From: an uncultured SAR86 cluster bacterium | Lineage (GTDB): Bacteria > Pseudomonadota > Gammaproteobacteria > Magnimaribacterales > AG-339-G14 | DNA: 64,000 nucleotides | Assembly: GCA_902563105.1 (NCBI GenBank) | Contig: CACEVU010000001.1 | Location: 285,649-349,648, forward strand | Reading direction: 5' to 3' | In this document: one piece after another, positions 31,822-46,035 of the stretch | Position numbering within the stretch: position 1 is the stretch's first letter | How the letters are laid out: every line of letters starts with the position of its first letter | Program-made: the position numbers and the translations under genes | The notes under the pieces: model-generated | What the model saw: the letters and a program-made list of their open reading frames with translations, nothing else | What the model was told of the DNA's origin: nothing | The model's database searches: none

Positions 31822-32480
31822 TGATTTACTTTGTAAAAATACTTAAAAAAGAATTTCTTATCTATTCTAGAAAGTCTTCGTCTTTCATTAGTCCAGTAGT
31901 CTTTTTTTTAATTTCTATTTCTTTGTATCCAATTGGAATTTCCAACGATCCAGACATATTAAAAAATTTAGCCCCAGGTTTAATTTGGATTACGGTTTTG
32001 TTGTCTACTTTGATATCTTTTCAAAATATTTTTGCTGAAGATTATGAAGATGGAAGTATTGAGCTTTTATTAGCATCTGGACAGAACCTATCTTTGATTG
32101 TTTTGATAAAAATTTTTGTAAATTGGATTTTTAGTTGTTTACCAATCATTGTCCTTTCTATGTTTTCTATTTTTTTACTTTATCTTCCTATAGAAGGCTT
32201 AAAACCTTTGATCATAAGTTTGTTAATTGGAACGCCAACCATTTGTCTTTTTGGAGCCCTAGCTGGAGCACTTTCACTTGGCAAGAATAGCATCACCGGA
32301 CCTGCCTTAATGCTGCCTTTGAGTTTACCGGTTTTAATATTGGGCACTCAGGCTATTAACTACTCATTAAACGGTATTAACTTTTCATCAAATATCTTGC
32401 TTCTTACAGCAATACTTATTTTTTTGTTACCGATTATTTTGTTCGCTTCAGTTGGAGCATTGAAACTTCATTTTAATTAG
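31821..32480 (+). CDS. ccmB: Heme exporter permease
   Basis: 219-aa polytopic membrane protein in the ccmB position. FAEDYEDGSIELL motif. Confidence 0.85.
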   Translation: MIYFVKILKKEFLIYSRKSSSFISPVVFFLISISLYPIGISNDPDILKNLAPGLIWITVLLSTLISFQNIFAEDYEDGSIELLLASGQNLSLIVLIKIFVNWIFSCLPIIVLSMFSIFLLYLPIEGLKPLIISLLIGTPTICLFGALAGALSLGKNSITGPALMLPLSLPVLILGTQAINYSLNGINFSSNILLLTAILIFLLPIILFASVGALKLHFN

Positions 32481-32482
32481 AT

Positions 32483-33232
32483 ATGTTTCAAACATTAAAG
32501 AATTTTTATCACAAACTTGGATCTTTTCCATGGTTTTACAAAATTTCTGGAAAAGTAATACCATTTGCTGGAGTTCTAAGTATCTCTTTGATAGTTATTT
32601 CTTCAATTTGGGGTTTATTTTTCTCTCCCACTGATGCGGTCCAAGGAGATGTATATCGAATAATATATTTTCATGTTCCAGCCGTATCCGTATCCCAAGT
32701 TATTTATTATTCAATGTCTATTGCAGCAGCAGTTTTTTTAATATGGCGTATGAAAATGGCAGGAGTTTATATCAAAAGTCTTGCCCCTATAGGTGCAGCT
32801 TTTACTTTTATCGGATTAATGAGTGGAGCTATTTGGGGGCAGCCAACCTGGGGAACTTGGTGGGTATGGGATGCTAGATTGACTTCTACTTTAGTACTTT
32901 TTTTATTTTATTTAGCAATCATTGGCATGCAATCAACTTTTGCCTCCAGAAAGTCTGCCGACACAGCGGTTTCTATAATAACTTTAGTTGGAGTAGTAAA
33001 TCTTCCAATTGTAAAAAAGTCAGTTGATTGGTGGAATACTCTTCATCAACCTGCATCAATATCCATTACCGGCGAATCTTCTATATCCAGTGAAATGCTT
33101 CTCCCTTTACTGCTCTCAATTTTAGGAATTTATTTGTTTGTATTTTTTACTGGATTGCTTTCTATGAGAGCAGAAATTTCTACCAGAGAGCAAAACAAGG
33201 ATTGGTTCAAAAAAGTTTCAAATTATAATTAA
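32483..33232 (+). CDS. ccmC: Heme exporter protein C
   Basis: WWD-type tryptophan-rich motif WGQPTWGTWWVWDARLTS. Confidence 0.9.
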   Translation: MFQTLKNFYHKLGSFPWFYKISGKVIPFAGVLSISLIVISSIWGLFFSPTDAVQGDVYRIIYFHVPAVSVSQVIYYSMSIAAAVFLIWRMKMAGVYIKSLAPIGAAFTFIGLMSGAIWGQPTWGTWWVWDARLTSTLVLFLFYLAIIGMQSTFASRKSADTAVSIITLVGVVNLPIVKKSVDWWNTLHQPASISITGESSISSEMLLPLLLSILGIYLFVFFTGLLSMRAEISTREQNKDWFKKVSNYN

Positions 33233-33234
33233 TT

Positions 33235-33372
33235 ATGGATTTTGGAGAATTTAATATTCATATCTGGTCAGTTGTTTCAGCGACTGGAATTATTTGCTTA
33301 GTTTTAATTTATTTGCCACTGGCGAAAATAAAAAAGAACGAATCCAAGATAAAAAATAATGAAACAACATAG
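33235..33372 (+). CDS. ccmD: Heme exporter protein D (45 aa, not in the ORF track)
   Basis: My translation is MDFGEFNIHIWSVVSATGIICLVLIYLPLAKIKKNESKIKNNETT, with a single TM segment then a basic tail. It sits exactly between ccmC and ccmE and overlaps the ccmE start by 14 nt. Confidence 0.75.
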   Translation: MDFGEFNIHIWSVVSATGIICLVLIYLPLAKIKKNESKIKNNETT

Positions 33373-33781
33373 GTTAAAAAGACTTTACGGAGTTTTGTTC
33401 ATAGTTTTTTGTTCAGCTCTTGCATTTATTTTGGTTTATTTTGCTATCAAAGATAATGTAAATTTATTTTACTCACCATCAGATTTGTTCGAGAATCCAC
33501 CTCAAGGAAGAAATGCAATCAGAGCAGGAGGTTTAGTTGAAATCGGAAGTTTAAAGAGATCAACAGACTCTTTAGAAATAGCGTTTATAATTACTGATTT
33601 AAAAAACTCTATTGCAGTAAATTACATAGGCATTCTTCCAGATTTATTTAAAGAAAATGCTGGAGTAGTTGCTACAGGCTATTTTGATAAAAATAAGATG
33701 AGTCTCGATGCTTATCAAATTTTAGCAAAGCATGATGAAAACTACGTACCCAAAGAAGTTAAAAAGGCTCTTGAAAAATGA
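33359..33781 (+). CDS. ccmE: Cytochrome c-type biogenesis heme chaperone
   Basis: N-terminal TM anchor and heme-binding histidine motif LAKHDENYVPKEV. Confidence 0.9.
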   Translation: MKQHRLKRLYGVLFIVFCSALAFILVYFAIKDNVNLFYSPSDLFENPPQGRNAIRAGGLVEIGSLKRSTDSLEIAFIITDLKNSIAVNYIGILPDLFKENAGVVATGYFDKNKMSLDAYQILAKHDENYVPKEVKKALEK

Positions 33782-35637
33782 TTCCAGAAATAGGTTTATT
33801 GTTTTTAGTTTTAGCTTTTAGCATTTCTAGTTTTTATGTCTGTGGTAACTCTTTCTCGTTTTATAGAAATAATAATTTCATAATTTCTCCTAAAATTGTT
33901 TATCTATTTTTTTTAAGCGTTTTATTAAGTTTTTTATGTCTTGAAATAAGTTTTTTAATGGATGATTTTAGTGTTTTATATGTGGCAAATAATTCAAATG
34001 AAAACCTTCCCGATTATTATAAATTTGCAGCATTATGGGGCGGCCATGAAGGCTCTATGCTTTTGTATCTTTTATTTCTTAGTCTTTGGACTTTGATTTA
34101 TTACTTAAAATCTAAATCTAGTTTTGGCGTATTTTTTCTATTCGTTATATTTTCCCTTTTTTCAGGTTTTGTCATCTTCACGTCGAATCCTTTCGAAAGG
34201 TTACTGCCTTTTTCGCCCGAAGGAGGTTTAGATTTAAACCCCTTATTGCAAGATTTTGCTTTTACCATCCATCCGCCAACTCTTTATCTTGGTTATACTG
34301 CATTAACTGTGCCATTTTCTATAGCAATGGCTCGCTGTGTAGATCAGAGTTATTCAAACTGGGCAAGCGATCTAAAAAATTGGTCGGTAGTTTCTTGGTC
34401 TTTTTTAACCTTAGGTATAGCTCTAGGAAGTTGGTGGGCATACTATGAACTTGGCTGGGGAGGTTGGTGGTTTTGGGATCCAGTTGAAAACTCTTCTTTA
34501 ATACCTTGGTTAATTGCAACCGCTTTGATTCATTCTGCAATAGCCACTTCTAAAAGAAATATTTTTTCTAGATGGACAGTGCTTCTATCTTTAGGCGCAA
34601 TTTTATCTAGCTACGTCGGATTATTTTTAGTTAGGTCAGGAATTGTTACCTCAGTTCACACTTTTGCTTTGGATCCAGAAAGAGGATTAATTCTTCTATT
34701 TATAATAATATTTGTTTTGATTTTTTCCTTAGGAATTTATTCAAGTTCCAAACTTAATGATGTCTCATATTCATATGGATCTATTCTCTCGAAAGAATTT
34801 TTCTTTTTAATAAATAACGTATTTTTAATTATTTTGGCGGTTGCTATTCTTTTTGGGACTGTTTATCCAATAATCTATGAAATTTTTTCTGGAGGGAAAG
34901 ATATTTCTGTTGGTAAACCTTACTTTGATTCAGTTACGGTTCCGATAGCATTCTTTTTAGCTTTTTTTCAAGGATTTGGAATACTTACAAATTGGTCTTC
35001 AAGATCTACAAAACTTAAAAATCTTTACGCTTATCTTGCAATCTTAATTCTCATGACAATCATTTTGAGTATATTGTTTTTAAATAATATTTCTCTATCA
35101 ATAATAATTACCAATTTAATGATATCTAGCATTTTAGCAGGTTTAATTATTTACTCTTTTTTACAGCTGAAAAATTCACGAAAGATGAATTTATCAATGG
35201 AATTTTCTCACTTTGGCATTGCCATCATGATTTTAGGAATTGGTCTCGTTTCATCTTTAGAATCTCAAAAAGAGTTAATCGCTTTCAAGGATAAGCCATT
35301 TGAATTAGGCGACTACGAAATTTCTTATCAAGGAGAAGAAAAAAATATAGCTCGAAATTTTTCTTCTGACGAAGTAAATTTTAAGGTGAAGGATTCAAAT
35401 AATGAGTTTAATTTGATTGCTGAAAAAAGATTTTATCCAGTCTCAAAATCTATTATGACTGAAGCAGCTATATATCCTTCTATTAGAGAAGATTTATACA
35501 TATCTATTGGCGATCAAGTAGAGCAAGGATGGGTAGTGAAAGCACAATTAAAACCGTTTGTTAGACTTATCTGGCTAGGAGCTTTGATAATGGCCTTTGG
35601 AGGATTCTTAAGCATTTTTAGATTTAAAAGATCATGA
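33778..35637 (+). CDS. ccmF: Cytochrome c heme lyase subunit
   Basis: 619-aa polytopic protein with WWD motif WGGWWFWDPVENSSL. Confidence 0.9.
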   Translation: MIPEIGLLFLVLAFSISSFYVCGNSFSFYRNNNFIISPKIVYLFFLSVLLSFLCLEISFLMDDFSVLYVANNSNENLPDYYKFAALWGGHEGSMLLYLLFLSLWTLIYYLKSKSSFGVFFLFVIFSLFSGFVIFTSNPFERLLPFSPEGGLDLNPLLQDFAFTIHPPTLYLGYTALTVPFSIAMARCVDQSYSNWASDLKNWSVVSWSFLTLGIALGSWWAYYELGWGGWWFWDPVENSSLIPWLIATALIHSAIATSKRNIFSRWTVLLSLGAILSSYVGLFLVRSGIVTSVHTFALDPERGLILLFIIIFVLIFSLGIYSSSKLNDVSYSYGSILSKEFFFLINNVFLIILAVAILFGTVYPIIYEIFSGGKDISVGKPYFDSVTVPIAFFLAFFQGFGILTNWSSRSTKLKNLYAYLAILILMTIILSILFLNNISLSIIITNLMISSILAGLIIYSFLQLKNSRKMNLSMEFSHFGIAIMILGIGLVSSLESQKELIAFKDKPFELGDYEISYQGEEKNIARNFSSDEVNFKVKDSNNEFNLIAEKRFYPVSKSIMTEAAIYPSIREDLYISIGDQVEQGWVVKAQLKPFVRLIWLGALIMAFGGFLSIFRFKRS

Positions 35638-36143
35638 GGTTAATTAGGTATATAGGTTTTTTTTCAATATTTTTGGCTTTATTCGTCTTCTCTATCTTTT
35701 TTATAAATCTTTTTGAAAAGACTGAGGTTAATTTTTCAGAAAAAAATCTTCCGCCTGGAGAGATAAAAACCTTCGAAGGTAATCTCCTTGATATAGATTT
35801 GTTAAGAAATAATAATTTTTCTTTATTAAATGTTTGGGCTACATGGTGCATTAATTGCAAATTGGAGCATGGATTTTTAATGTCGAAAAAAACCGAAGGT
35901 TGGAAAATAATTGGATTGAATTACAAAGACGACCTAGAAAAAGCTTTTAAATGGCTAGACCAATATGGGAATCCTTATTCAATGAATCTCTATGATCAAG
36001 ACGGCTCATATGGATTTACCCTTGGAGTTTCTGGTGCTCCAGAAACATATCTTCTTAGAGAAGACAAAATTTTGCAGAAACATATTGGGATCATGTCTGA
36101 AAAAGTTTGGAAAGATAAATTTTATCCTCTCATCAAAAAATAA
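35634..36143 (+). CDS. ccmG: Thiol:disulfide oxidoreductase for cytochrome c maturation (DsbE)
   Basis: TM anchor, thioredoxin motif WATWCINC, GVSGAPETYL. Confidence 0.9.
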   Translation: MRLIRYIGFFSIFLALFVFSIFFINLFEKTEVNFSEKNLPPGEIKTFEGNLLDIDLLRNNNFSLLNVWATWCINCKLEHGFLMSKKTEGWKIIGLNYKDDLEKAFKWLDQYGNPYSMNLYDQDGSYGFTLGVSGAPETYLLREDKILQKHIGIMSEKVWKDKFYPLIKK

Positions 36144-36144
36144 T

Positions 36145-36513
36145 ATGTTGGCATTGATTCCAATTCTTCTACTTTCCTTATCTTTATCAGCTGAAAATAT
36201 TTATGAATTTTCTAATGAAACTATAGAAAAAGATTTTATTGAGCTTTCTCAAGAAATTAGCTGTCCACTTTGTGCTGGCTCATCTATTGCAGAATCTGAT
36301 TCCGATATTGCAAATGATTTAAAAAATGTTGTTTTCAAAGAATTAGAAAATGGAAAGACTCCTAAAGAAATTAAAAAGAAGTTAATTGTGTTTTATGGAG
36401 AAGGTATTTTATTTATGCCAGAAAATAAAATATCGATATTCGTCTTGTATGGATTTCCATTGTTATTGATCATTATTGGTATTTTCTTTCTTTTAAATTT
36501 TACAAAAAAATGA
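36145..36513 (+). CDS. ccmH: Cytochrome c-type biogenesis protein CcmH
   Basis: Signal sequence MLALIPILLLSLSLSA, redox motif CPLCAGSSIAESDSDIA, C-terminal TM segment. Start moved to ATG 36145, because the track start at 35992 would overlap ccmG by 150 nt. Confidence 0.85.
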   Translation: MLALIPILLLSLSLSAENIYEFSNETIEKDFIELSQEISCPLCAGSSIAESDSDIANDLKNVVFKELENGKTPKEIKKKLIVFYGEGILFMPENKISIFVLYGFPLLLIIIGIFFLLNFTKK

Positions 36514-37058
36514 AAATTAGATTCACCAATTACTTAATGATTATTGTCTTCTCATTTGTTCTTTTTTTTCTCATACAGGGTTACGGTTCTTTAAAAAAGT
36601 TTTCATTCAAAGATGATTACATGGTTATTTTAAATTCTGACTCCTCAACTATTATGGATATAGATTTTAAATATTTTAATTCATCTGAGGTAATGCTTTC
36701 CGGAAAAAAATTTTTTTATGATGAAAAATTTAACTTAGCTATAGAAAGCTTCAATTTTTTAATCGATAAGTTTCCCGATTTGATTGACTCAAGCGTGCAC
36801 GCTTTTTTGGCTGAGTCTTATTATGAACTTGAGGGTAAGTTCAGCACAAACGTTACTAATAACATTGATAAAGCCTTATATATGAATCCATCTAATACGA
36901 GAGCTCTTTCCTTGAAAGGATTAAATTTTTTTCAGCAAGAAAATTTCGAAGAAGCTCTAAAAAGCTGGTCCATAGCTCTTGAAAATTCAACAAATAATAA
37001 AGAAAAAGAATCCTTGATTATTGTTATGAATCTTGCACTGAAAAAGCTGAAAAAATAG
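36510..37058 (+). CDS. ccmI: TPR-repeat protein in the CcmI (CycH) position
   Basis: N-terminal TM segment and TPR-like repeats (AESYYELEG..., ALSLKGLNFFQQENFEEALKSW). ATGA overlap with ccmH. The assignment is by position and repeat type. Confidence 0.55.
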   Translation: MKIRFTNYLMIIVFSFVLFFLIQGYGSLKKFSFKDDYMVILNSDSSTIMDIDFKYFNSSEVMLSGKKFFYDEKFNLAIESFNFLIDKFPDLIDSSVHAFLAESYYELEGKFSTNVTNNIDKALYMNPSNTRALSLKGLNFFQQENFEEALKSWSIALENSTNNKEKESLIIVMNLALKKLKK

Positions 37059-37107
37059 AAAAAATAAGGTTTTCAGAGCCATAATCAGTTAAAATATACT
37101 TCCAAGG

Positions 37108-39539
37108 ATGAGATTAAAAAACATCAGCCTTTCTGGATTTAAATCTTTCGTGGACCCCACGAAAATTTCCTTCCCTAGTAGCATGAGTGGCGTAGTAGGC
37201 CCTAACGGTTGTGGTAAATCTAATATCATTGATGCTGTTAGATGGGTAATGGGTGAAATATCTGCAAAAAACTTAAGGGGCGAAAATATGGCCGATGTGA
37301 TCTTTAGCGGCTCGTCCTCAAGGGCTCCATCAAGCAGAGCCTCCGTAGAACTTCTTTTTGATAATTCTCTTGGAAAATTAGGGGGAGAATATTCAAGCTA
37401 TTCTGAAATTTCAGTTCGACGAGTTTTAGAAATAGATGGCAGATCAATATATTATTTGAATGGTTCTGAATGTAGACGAAAAGATATAACAGATATTTTT
37501 CTTGGAACTGGTCTCGGACCTAGAAGTTATGCTGTCATTGAGCAAGAAATGGCAACTAAATTGATAAGCTCTAAACCAGAAGAATTAAGAATGTATATTG
37601 AAGAAGTTGCAGGCATCTCAGTCTACAGAGAAAGAAAAAAAGAAACTGAATCAAGAATTAAAAAAACTAAAGAAAATTTAAGTCGTGTTAAAGACTTGAA
37701 AGAAGAAATAGAAAGACAACTGCTTAAACTCAAAAGGCAAGTCAAATCAGCAGAACGGTATGAGACTCTAAAAGAAGAAGAAAATAAAAAAAAGGGGCTT
37801 TTAAAGGCTTTATCTTGGCAAACAAGAAATGAAAAAATATCAAAAATTGATTTTTCTATTAAAGAACTTGAATCAAGTCTTGAAAAAGAGAAAACTTTAA
37901 AAGTATCATTTTCTTCTGAGATAGATAAATCAAAAGTCAAACAAGAAGATATCCAACAAAGTATTGATAAAGTCCAACAAGATTATTATTCGAGCGGAGC
38001 AGACCTTACTAATTCTGAACAAGAGTTATCTTCACTCAAACAAAGGAAAAATGATTTGGTTTTCGAAAAAAATAAGTCCGAAGAGAGTTTAAAAAATTTA
38101 AAAATAGAAAAAGAAAATTTACTAAAAGATTTATCAACCGCAGAACTAGAGCTCCAAAAAAAAGAACCTGAGCTTCAAGCTCTTGACGAAACTTTTTCCA
38201 AATTAGAAGGAGCAATGTCTCCAGATTTTCTTGTGGAAAAAATTTACTTAGATGTTGCAAACCTTACAGCATCATTAGAAGAAGCATACAAAAATTTTTC
38301 TACTAAATCAGATAGAGATTTAAAAGATTTCCACTCTTATGCGCTAGAAATAAAAAATAAACTTCAAAAACTTAAAGATTCCTTAAAACACCAATCTCAA
38401 TATCAAGAAGAAAAATTTAAAGCTCAAAAAGCAGAACTATTATCTTTGAGTAGTGAAATTACTTCTTTTAAAGTTAAGATCGCTGAAATAAAAAGTCAAA
38501 TTTCATCTCTAGAAAATTCAAAATCCAAAATTCACAGTTCAATTCTTTCTGTTGAAGAAAAGCTTCAAGACATCGAAGGGCCCATACAAAAAATAGAAGC
38601 AGAAATTAAACCTTTATTAGACTCAAGAATAGGCGTTGAGGGAAATCTAACAAAGCTTAGAGAGGACTATAATGATTCAAATGAGCTCATAAGGACTAAT
38701 GAAAGAAAGATTCACGATATCGATATTCTTTTAGAGGGTATTAATGAAAATATTCAAAAATCTAAATTAGAAAGGCAAGGTCTTATTTCTGAGTCTGCAA
38801 TATTTGAAGAGCAATTAAAAAATGATAAATTCGAACTCCAATCATTGCTTGATGGATTAACAGAGGATATGAATGAACCTCTTCTAATTGAAGAAATTTC
38901 AAAAATTGAAAATGCTATTCAGCGAATCGGCCCTATTAATTTAGCTGCTTCTGAAGAATATAAGCTTGAAGAGGAAAGAAAGTCTGAAATAGATAAACAA
39001 TTATTAGAATTAAACAGTGCTTTAGAAACTCTTCAAGGGGCAATTAAGAAAATTGACCTAGAATCAAGGACAAAATTCAAGGACACATTGGATAAACTGA
39101 ATATAAAGCTAGGAGAGCTTTTTCCAAAACTATTTGGCGGTGGTTTTGCAAAACTTGAATTAACTGAACGCGATCTATTAGAGTCTGGAGTATTATTTAA
39201 GGCGATGCCTCCTGGGAAAAAAAATGTGAATGTAACTCAGTTATCTGGAGGAGAGAAAGCGCTATCTTCGATTGCATTGGTATTTAGTTTCTTCTCTTTA
39301 AATCCTGCCCCTTTTTGTATTCTTGATGAGATTGATGCCCCTTTAGATGACTTCAATACCTCAAGATTTATCAATATGGTTGAGGAAATGTCTGAAAAAG
39401 TACAATTCATATTTGTAACACACAATAAAATATCTATGGAAAAGAGTAAGCATTTAATGGGTGTAACAATGCAGGAACCTGGCGTTTCAAGACTTGTTTC
39501 GGTTGATGTTGATGAAGCCTTAAGGATGGCAGCAAGTTA

Positions 39540-39540
<1 letters not shown>
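37108..39540 (+). CDS. smc: SMC-family chromosome segregation ATPase, unusually short (810 aa), no recognisable hinge
   Basis: N-terminal head MRLKNISLSGFKSF...GPNGCGKSNIIDAVRWVMGE. C-terminal head LSGGEKALSSIALVFS, FCILDEIDAPLDD, FIFVTHNK. Long K/E/L-rich coiled-coil arms. smc-zipA-ligA synteny. Confidence 0.85.
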
Positions 39541-42835
<3,295 letters not shown>

Positions 42836-42839
<4 letters not shown>

Positions 42840-44080
42840 TTTTTAGAACCGGTCGGAATTTCGTTGAAAGGAACGTTTTTATCTACTCTGACATCCTGTG
42901 GCATACCAAGAACTTGTTCAGCAATAATATTTTTCAATACCTCGTCTGTTCCTCCAGCGATTCTTATCAATGGAGCTCCCAAAAGACTTCCTTGGAATAT
43001 AGCTGTCTCTTCGTCTCTTGCGATAGATGCGTTATCCATGAGATCCATTCCATAATTTGCTATATCTTGAAGCTTATTGGCACTTACAATTTTTGTAATC
43101 GAAGCTTCTGGTCCAGGAGTACTTCCTTGTGACAAAGCAGAAATATTTCTCATTTTTGTGTATTTCAATCCTGACTGCTCGCAATACCAATCTGCAAGCT
43201 TCTCTCTCACTGCACCGTTCGAGATAGCAGTATCACCATTGAAGTCTTGATCCTTTGCTAATTCAAAAATTTCTTGAAAATCAACTCCGGACGCATCTCC
43301 CACGGCAAGTCTTTCATTCATTAAGGTAGTTAAAGAGACTTTCCAACCATCACCTACTTCACCCAATCTTTGAGAATCGGGAATTTTCACATCTGTGAAA
43401 TAAACTTCATTAAAGTTTGCTCCTCCAGTAATTTGTTTAATAGGTCTAACTTCAACTCCAGGAGACTTCATGTCCAAGAAGAAATAAGTAAGCCCTTTAT
43501 GCTTTGGAGCTGAGAAGTCACTTCGTGTAACTATAATTCCATAGTCGCTGTAATGCGCACCTGAAGTCCAAACTTTTTGACCGTTAATGGTCCAAGTATC
43601 ACCATCCAACTCAGCTTTCGTTTTGATACCAGCCAAATCTGAACCTGCTCCAGGCTCACTGAATAACTGACACCAAATTTCTTCACCTTTTGCCATTGGC
43701 GGAAGATACCTTTTCTTTTGTTCTTCAGAAGCATAAAGCATCAAAACAGGACCAGCCATTCCTTGACCAATTTCAAAGAAACCTCCGGGAACTTTAAATT
43801 TTGATTCTTCTTGTCCCCATATTACTCTTTCCATAGGAGCGGCATCTCGGCCCCCATAATCTTTTGGCCAATGCAAACATGCCCAACCAGAATCATATTT
43901 TTTTGCTTGCCAAGCTTTTGCATCTTTCAGAGCGCTTGATTCGCCTGACTCACTATCTTCGCTCATCTCAGCAGGTCGATATATATCTTTTGCGTGTTCT
44001 TTCTTTTCTGCATTAGCTGAAAGCCATGCATTTACTTCATTTCTAAATTTTGCTTCTTCTTTAGTATCGTTAAAATCCAT
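42836..44080 (-). CDS. Acyl-CoA dehydrogenase family protein (414 aa)
   Basis: ACAD N/M/C domain order. CQLFSEPGAGSDLAGIKTKA, WTINGQKVWTSGA, C-terminal RIAGGTDEVLKNIIAEQVLG. Confidence 0.85.
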
Positions 44081-44106
44081 CTGTTATCCTCCGATTTATA
44101 TGTAGT

Positions 44107-45219
44107 TTAAGTTGGTGAATTACTTTTTTCTAGTGATGTAATTAATTTATCTTTCCATATTCCTTGACTTCCAATATTACTTGAAAGCAATCTTGCTCTT
44201 CTATAGAAAAGATGACAGTCAAATTCCCATGTGGCTCCCATACCTCCATGAGTTTGTATGTTCTCTTTTGAACACTCATAAAATGCTTTAGTTGCACTTA
44301 CTCTTGCTGTTGCTGCAGCTGTAGGGAGTTCCGGCGCATCGTTGCTTAGAGCCCATGCTCCGTAGTAACAATTCGATCTTGCAAGCTGCAATGAAATATA
44401 CATATCTGCCACTTTGTGCTTGATTGCTTGAAAAGAAGCAATCGCTCGACCAAATGCATATCTGCCCATAGCATAATCTTTAGCTTGATTCATTGCTGCT
44501 TCAGCTCCTCCAACTTGTTCAAAAGCAAAAAGCACAGCTGATTGATCCAAAAGTTTTTCTATATCACTCCAAGCGTCATTATTCAAAGCCCTTGCCTCAA
44601 CATTTTCAAAAACAATATCGGCATGAGATCTTGAAGGGTCAAAAGTATCTAAAGAATTAATTTCTACTCCATTTGATGACAAATCAACCAAATACAATCC
44701 AATTTGATTCTTATCTGATTTAGCAGTAACGAGGGCAAAGTTAGCAATATCACCATCTGGAACAGCTACTTTCTTTCCACTGATTTTTCCTGACTTAAAA
44801 TTGACATTGATACCTGATTCATTAGGAAAAGTTGTTTTTTCTGAATGCGCAAATGTACCAATTATTTCTCCAGCAGCTAATTTAGGCAGAAACTCTTTTT
44901 TAATCTCTTCATTTGAAGAATTTAAAATTGCTGTAGTTGCAAGGTAAACGCTTGAAGAAAATGGAACCGGCGCGATGCCTCTACCTAATTCTTCGGCAAT
45001 GACACAAAGTTCTAAGAATCCCATTCCTATTCCGCCATATTCTTCTGGAATGGTTGTTGCTGTTAAGCCCATTTGGACTAATTGGTTCCACAATTCTTTA
45101 TCAAACTTATCTTCGCCTTCTAAAACATTTCTATTTCTTTTTACGGAATTCTCTTTATCAAGAAGTTTTTTTACTTCTTCTTTCATCAATAATTGATCTT
45201 CAGAAAAATTAAAATTCAT
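44107..45219 (-). CDS. Acyl-CoA dehydrogenase family protein (370 aa)
   Basis: ACAD-like: IPEEYGGIGMGF, RYAFGRAIASFQAIKHKVADM, QTHGGMGATWEFDCHLFYRRAR. Sits 26 nt upstream of the second ACAD on the same strand. Confidence 0.8.
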   Translation of the reverse strand: MNFNFSEDQLLMKEEVKKLLDKENSVKRNRNVLEGEDKFDKELWNQLVQMGLTATTIPEEYGGIGMGFLELCVIAEELGRGIAPVPFSSSVYLATTAILNSSNEEIKKEFLPKLAAGEIIGTFAHSEKTTFPNESGINVNFKSGKISGKKVAVPDGDIANFALVTAKSDKNQIGLYLVDLSSNGVEINSLDTFDPSRSHADIVFENVEARALNNDAWSDIEKLLDQSAVLFAFEQVGGAEAAMNQAKDYAMGRYAFGRAIASFQAIKHKVADMYISLQLARSNCYYGAWALSNDAPELPTAAATARVSATKAFYECSKENIQTHGGMGATWEFDCHLFYRRARLLSSNIGSQGIWKDKLITSLEKSNSPT

Positions 45220-45291
45220 TTGTTCTCCCTTTTTATTAGCTTTCTATTCTAACCATGAATTAAAATAAACAAAATAACCAATCTCAATTTT

Positions 45292-45924
45292 ATGAAAAAA
45301 AATCCAATCTCAACCAGAAGGATATTTCCATCGAGCCAAATACCTCCAAGCTCGGTCATTTCCTATGGAGTATTTCTTCTTGTTTTTGTAACACTGGTGA
45401 CTTTTTTATTAATTCGAACATCCTCTCAACAAGATAATTTGATAAATATGAATTCAAGATTAATTGATTTGGAACAAAAGGTTCAACAGTCTGTTACGTC
45501 TTCTGAAGTTACAGTTGAAACACTTTCAGATGACTTAAAAGAGGTAAATAGAGAAATTAGAAAGTTATGGGATTTGAGTAATAAAAGAAATAAAAAAAGA
45601 ATTGCTACTTTAGAGGATCAACTCAAAGCAATTGATAGCTCTATAACTGAAATATTTACTCAATCTCAAGAAATAAGGCTGATTTCGAAAGAATTCTCTA
45701 AGTCAATCTCTGATATAAAAACTAGAGTAGCAAAAATTGATACTTCTTCATTAAGTTCTTCAGATTACGAAATTAGGATTAAAGAATTAGAAGAAGCAAT
45801 TGATTCAATGGATTCATTCAGAAGACAAACCAATCAATCAATCATCAAGTTAAAAGATGAATTATCAAAAGTTATTTCAGAAGCAGAATCCTCAGAAAGT
45901 AATTCCTTGCTAATAGAAAACTAA
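45292..45924 (+). CDS. Hypothetical membrane-anchored coiled-coil protein (210 aa)
   Basis: One TM segment (ISYGVFLLVFVTLVTFLLI) followed by a heptad-like S/E/K-rich sequence. No recognised family. Confidence 0.45.
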   Translation: MKKNPISTRRIFPSSQIPPSSVISYGVFLLVFVTLVTFLLIRTSSQQDNLINMNSRLIDLEQKVQQSVTSSEVTVETLSDDLKEVNREIRKLWDLSNKRNKKRIATLEDQLKAIDSSITEIFTQSQEIRLISKEFSKSISDIKTRVAKIDTSSLSSSDYEIRIKELEEAIDSMDSFRRQTNQSIIKLKDELSKVISEAESSESNSLLIEN

Positions 45925-45944
45925 TCAATATACTTTTATTTCAC

Positions 45945-46029
45945 GCGGATATGGTGGAACTGGTAGACACGCTAGATTTAGGTTCTAGTGCCGTAAGGTG
46001 TGGGGGTTCGACTCCCTCTATCCGCACCA
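45945..46029 (+). tRNA. tRNA-Leu (anticodon TAG)
   Basis: GCGGATATGGTGGAACTGGTAGACACGCTAGATTTAGGTTCTAG... with anticodon stem CTAGA/TCTAG and loop TTTAGGT. Long variable arm, CCA encoded. Confidence 0.9.
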
Positions 46030-46035
46030 AAGTTT

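Noticed and set aside
35992-36144. Track start of the ccmH ORF 150 nt inside ccmG.
   Set aside because: The signal sequence MLALIPILLL begins at ATG 36145, directly after the ccmG stop. The upstream part has no CcmH similarity.
37623-38260. Antisense ORFs within smc (37623..37940, 38036..38260).
   Set aside because: They are complements of the K/E-rich coiled-coil coding sequence (AAA/GAA read as TTT/TTC), so they are low-complexity F/S/L-rich translations.
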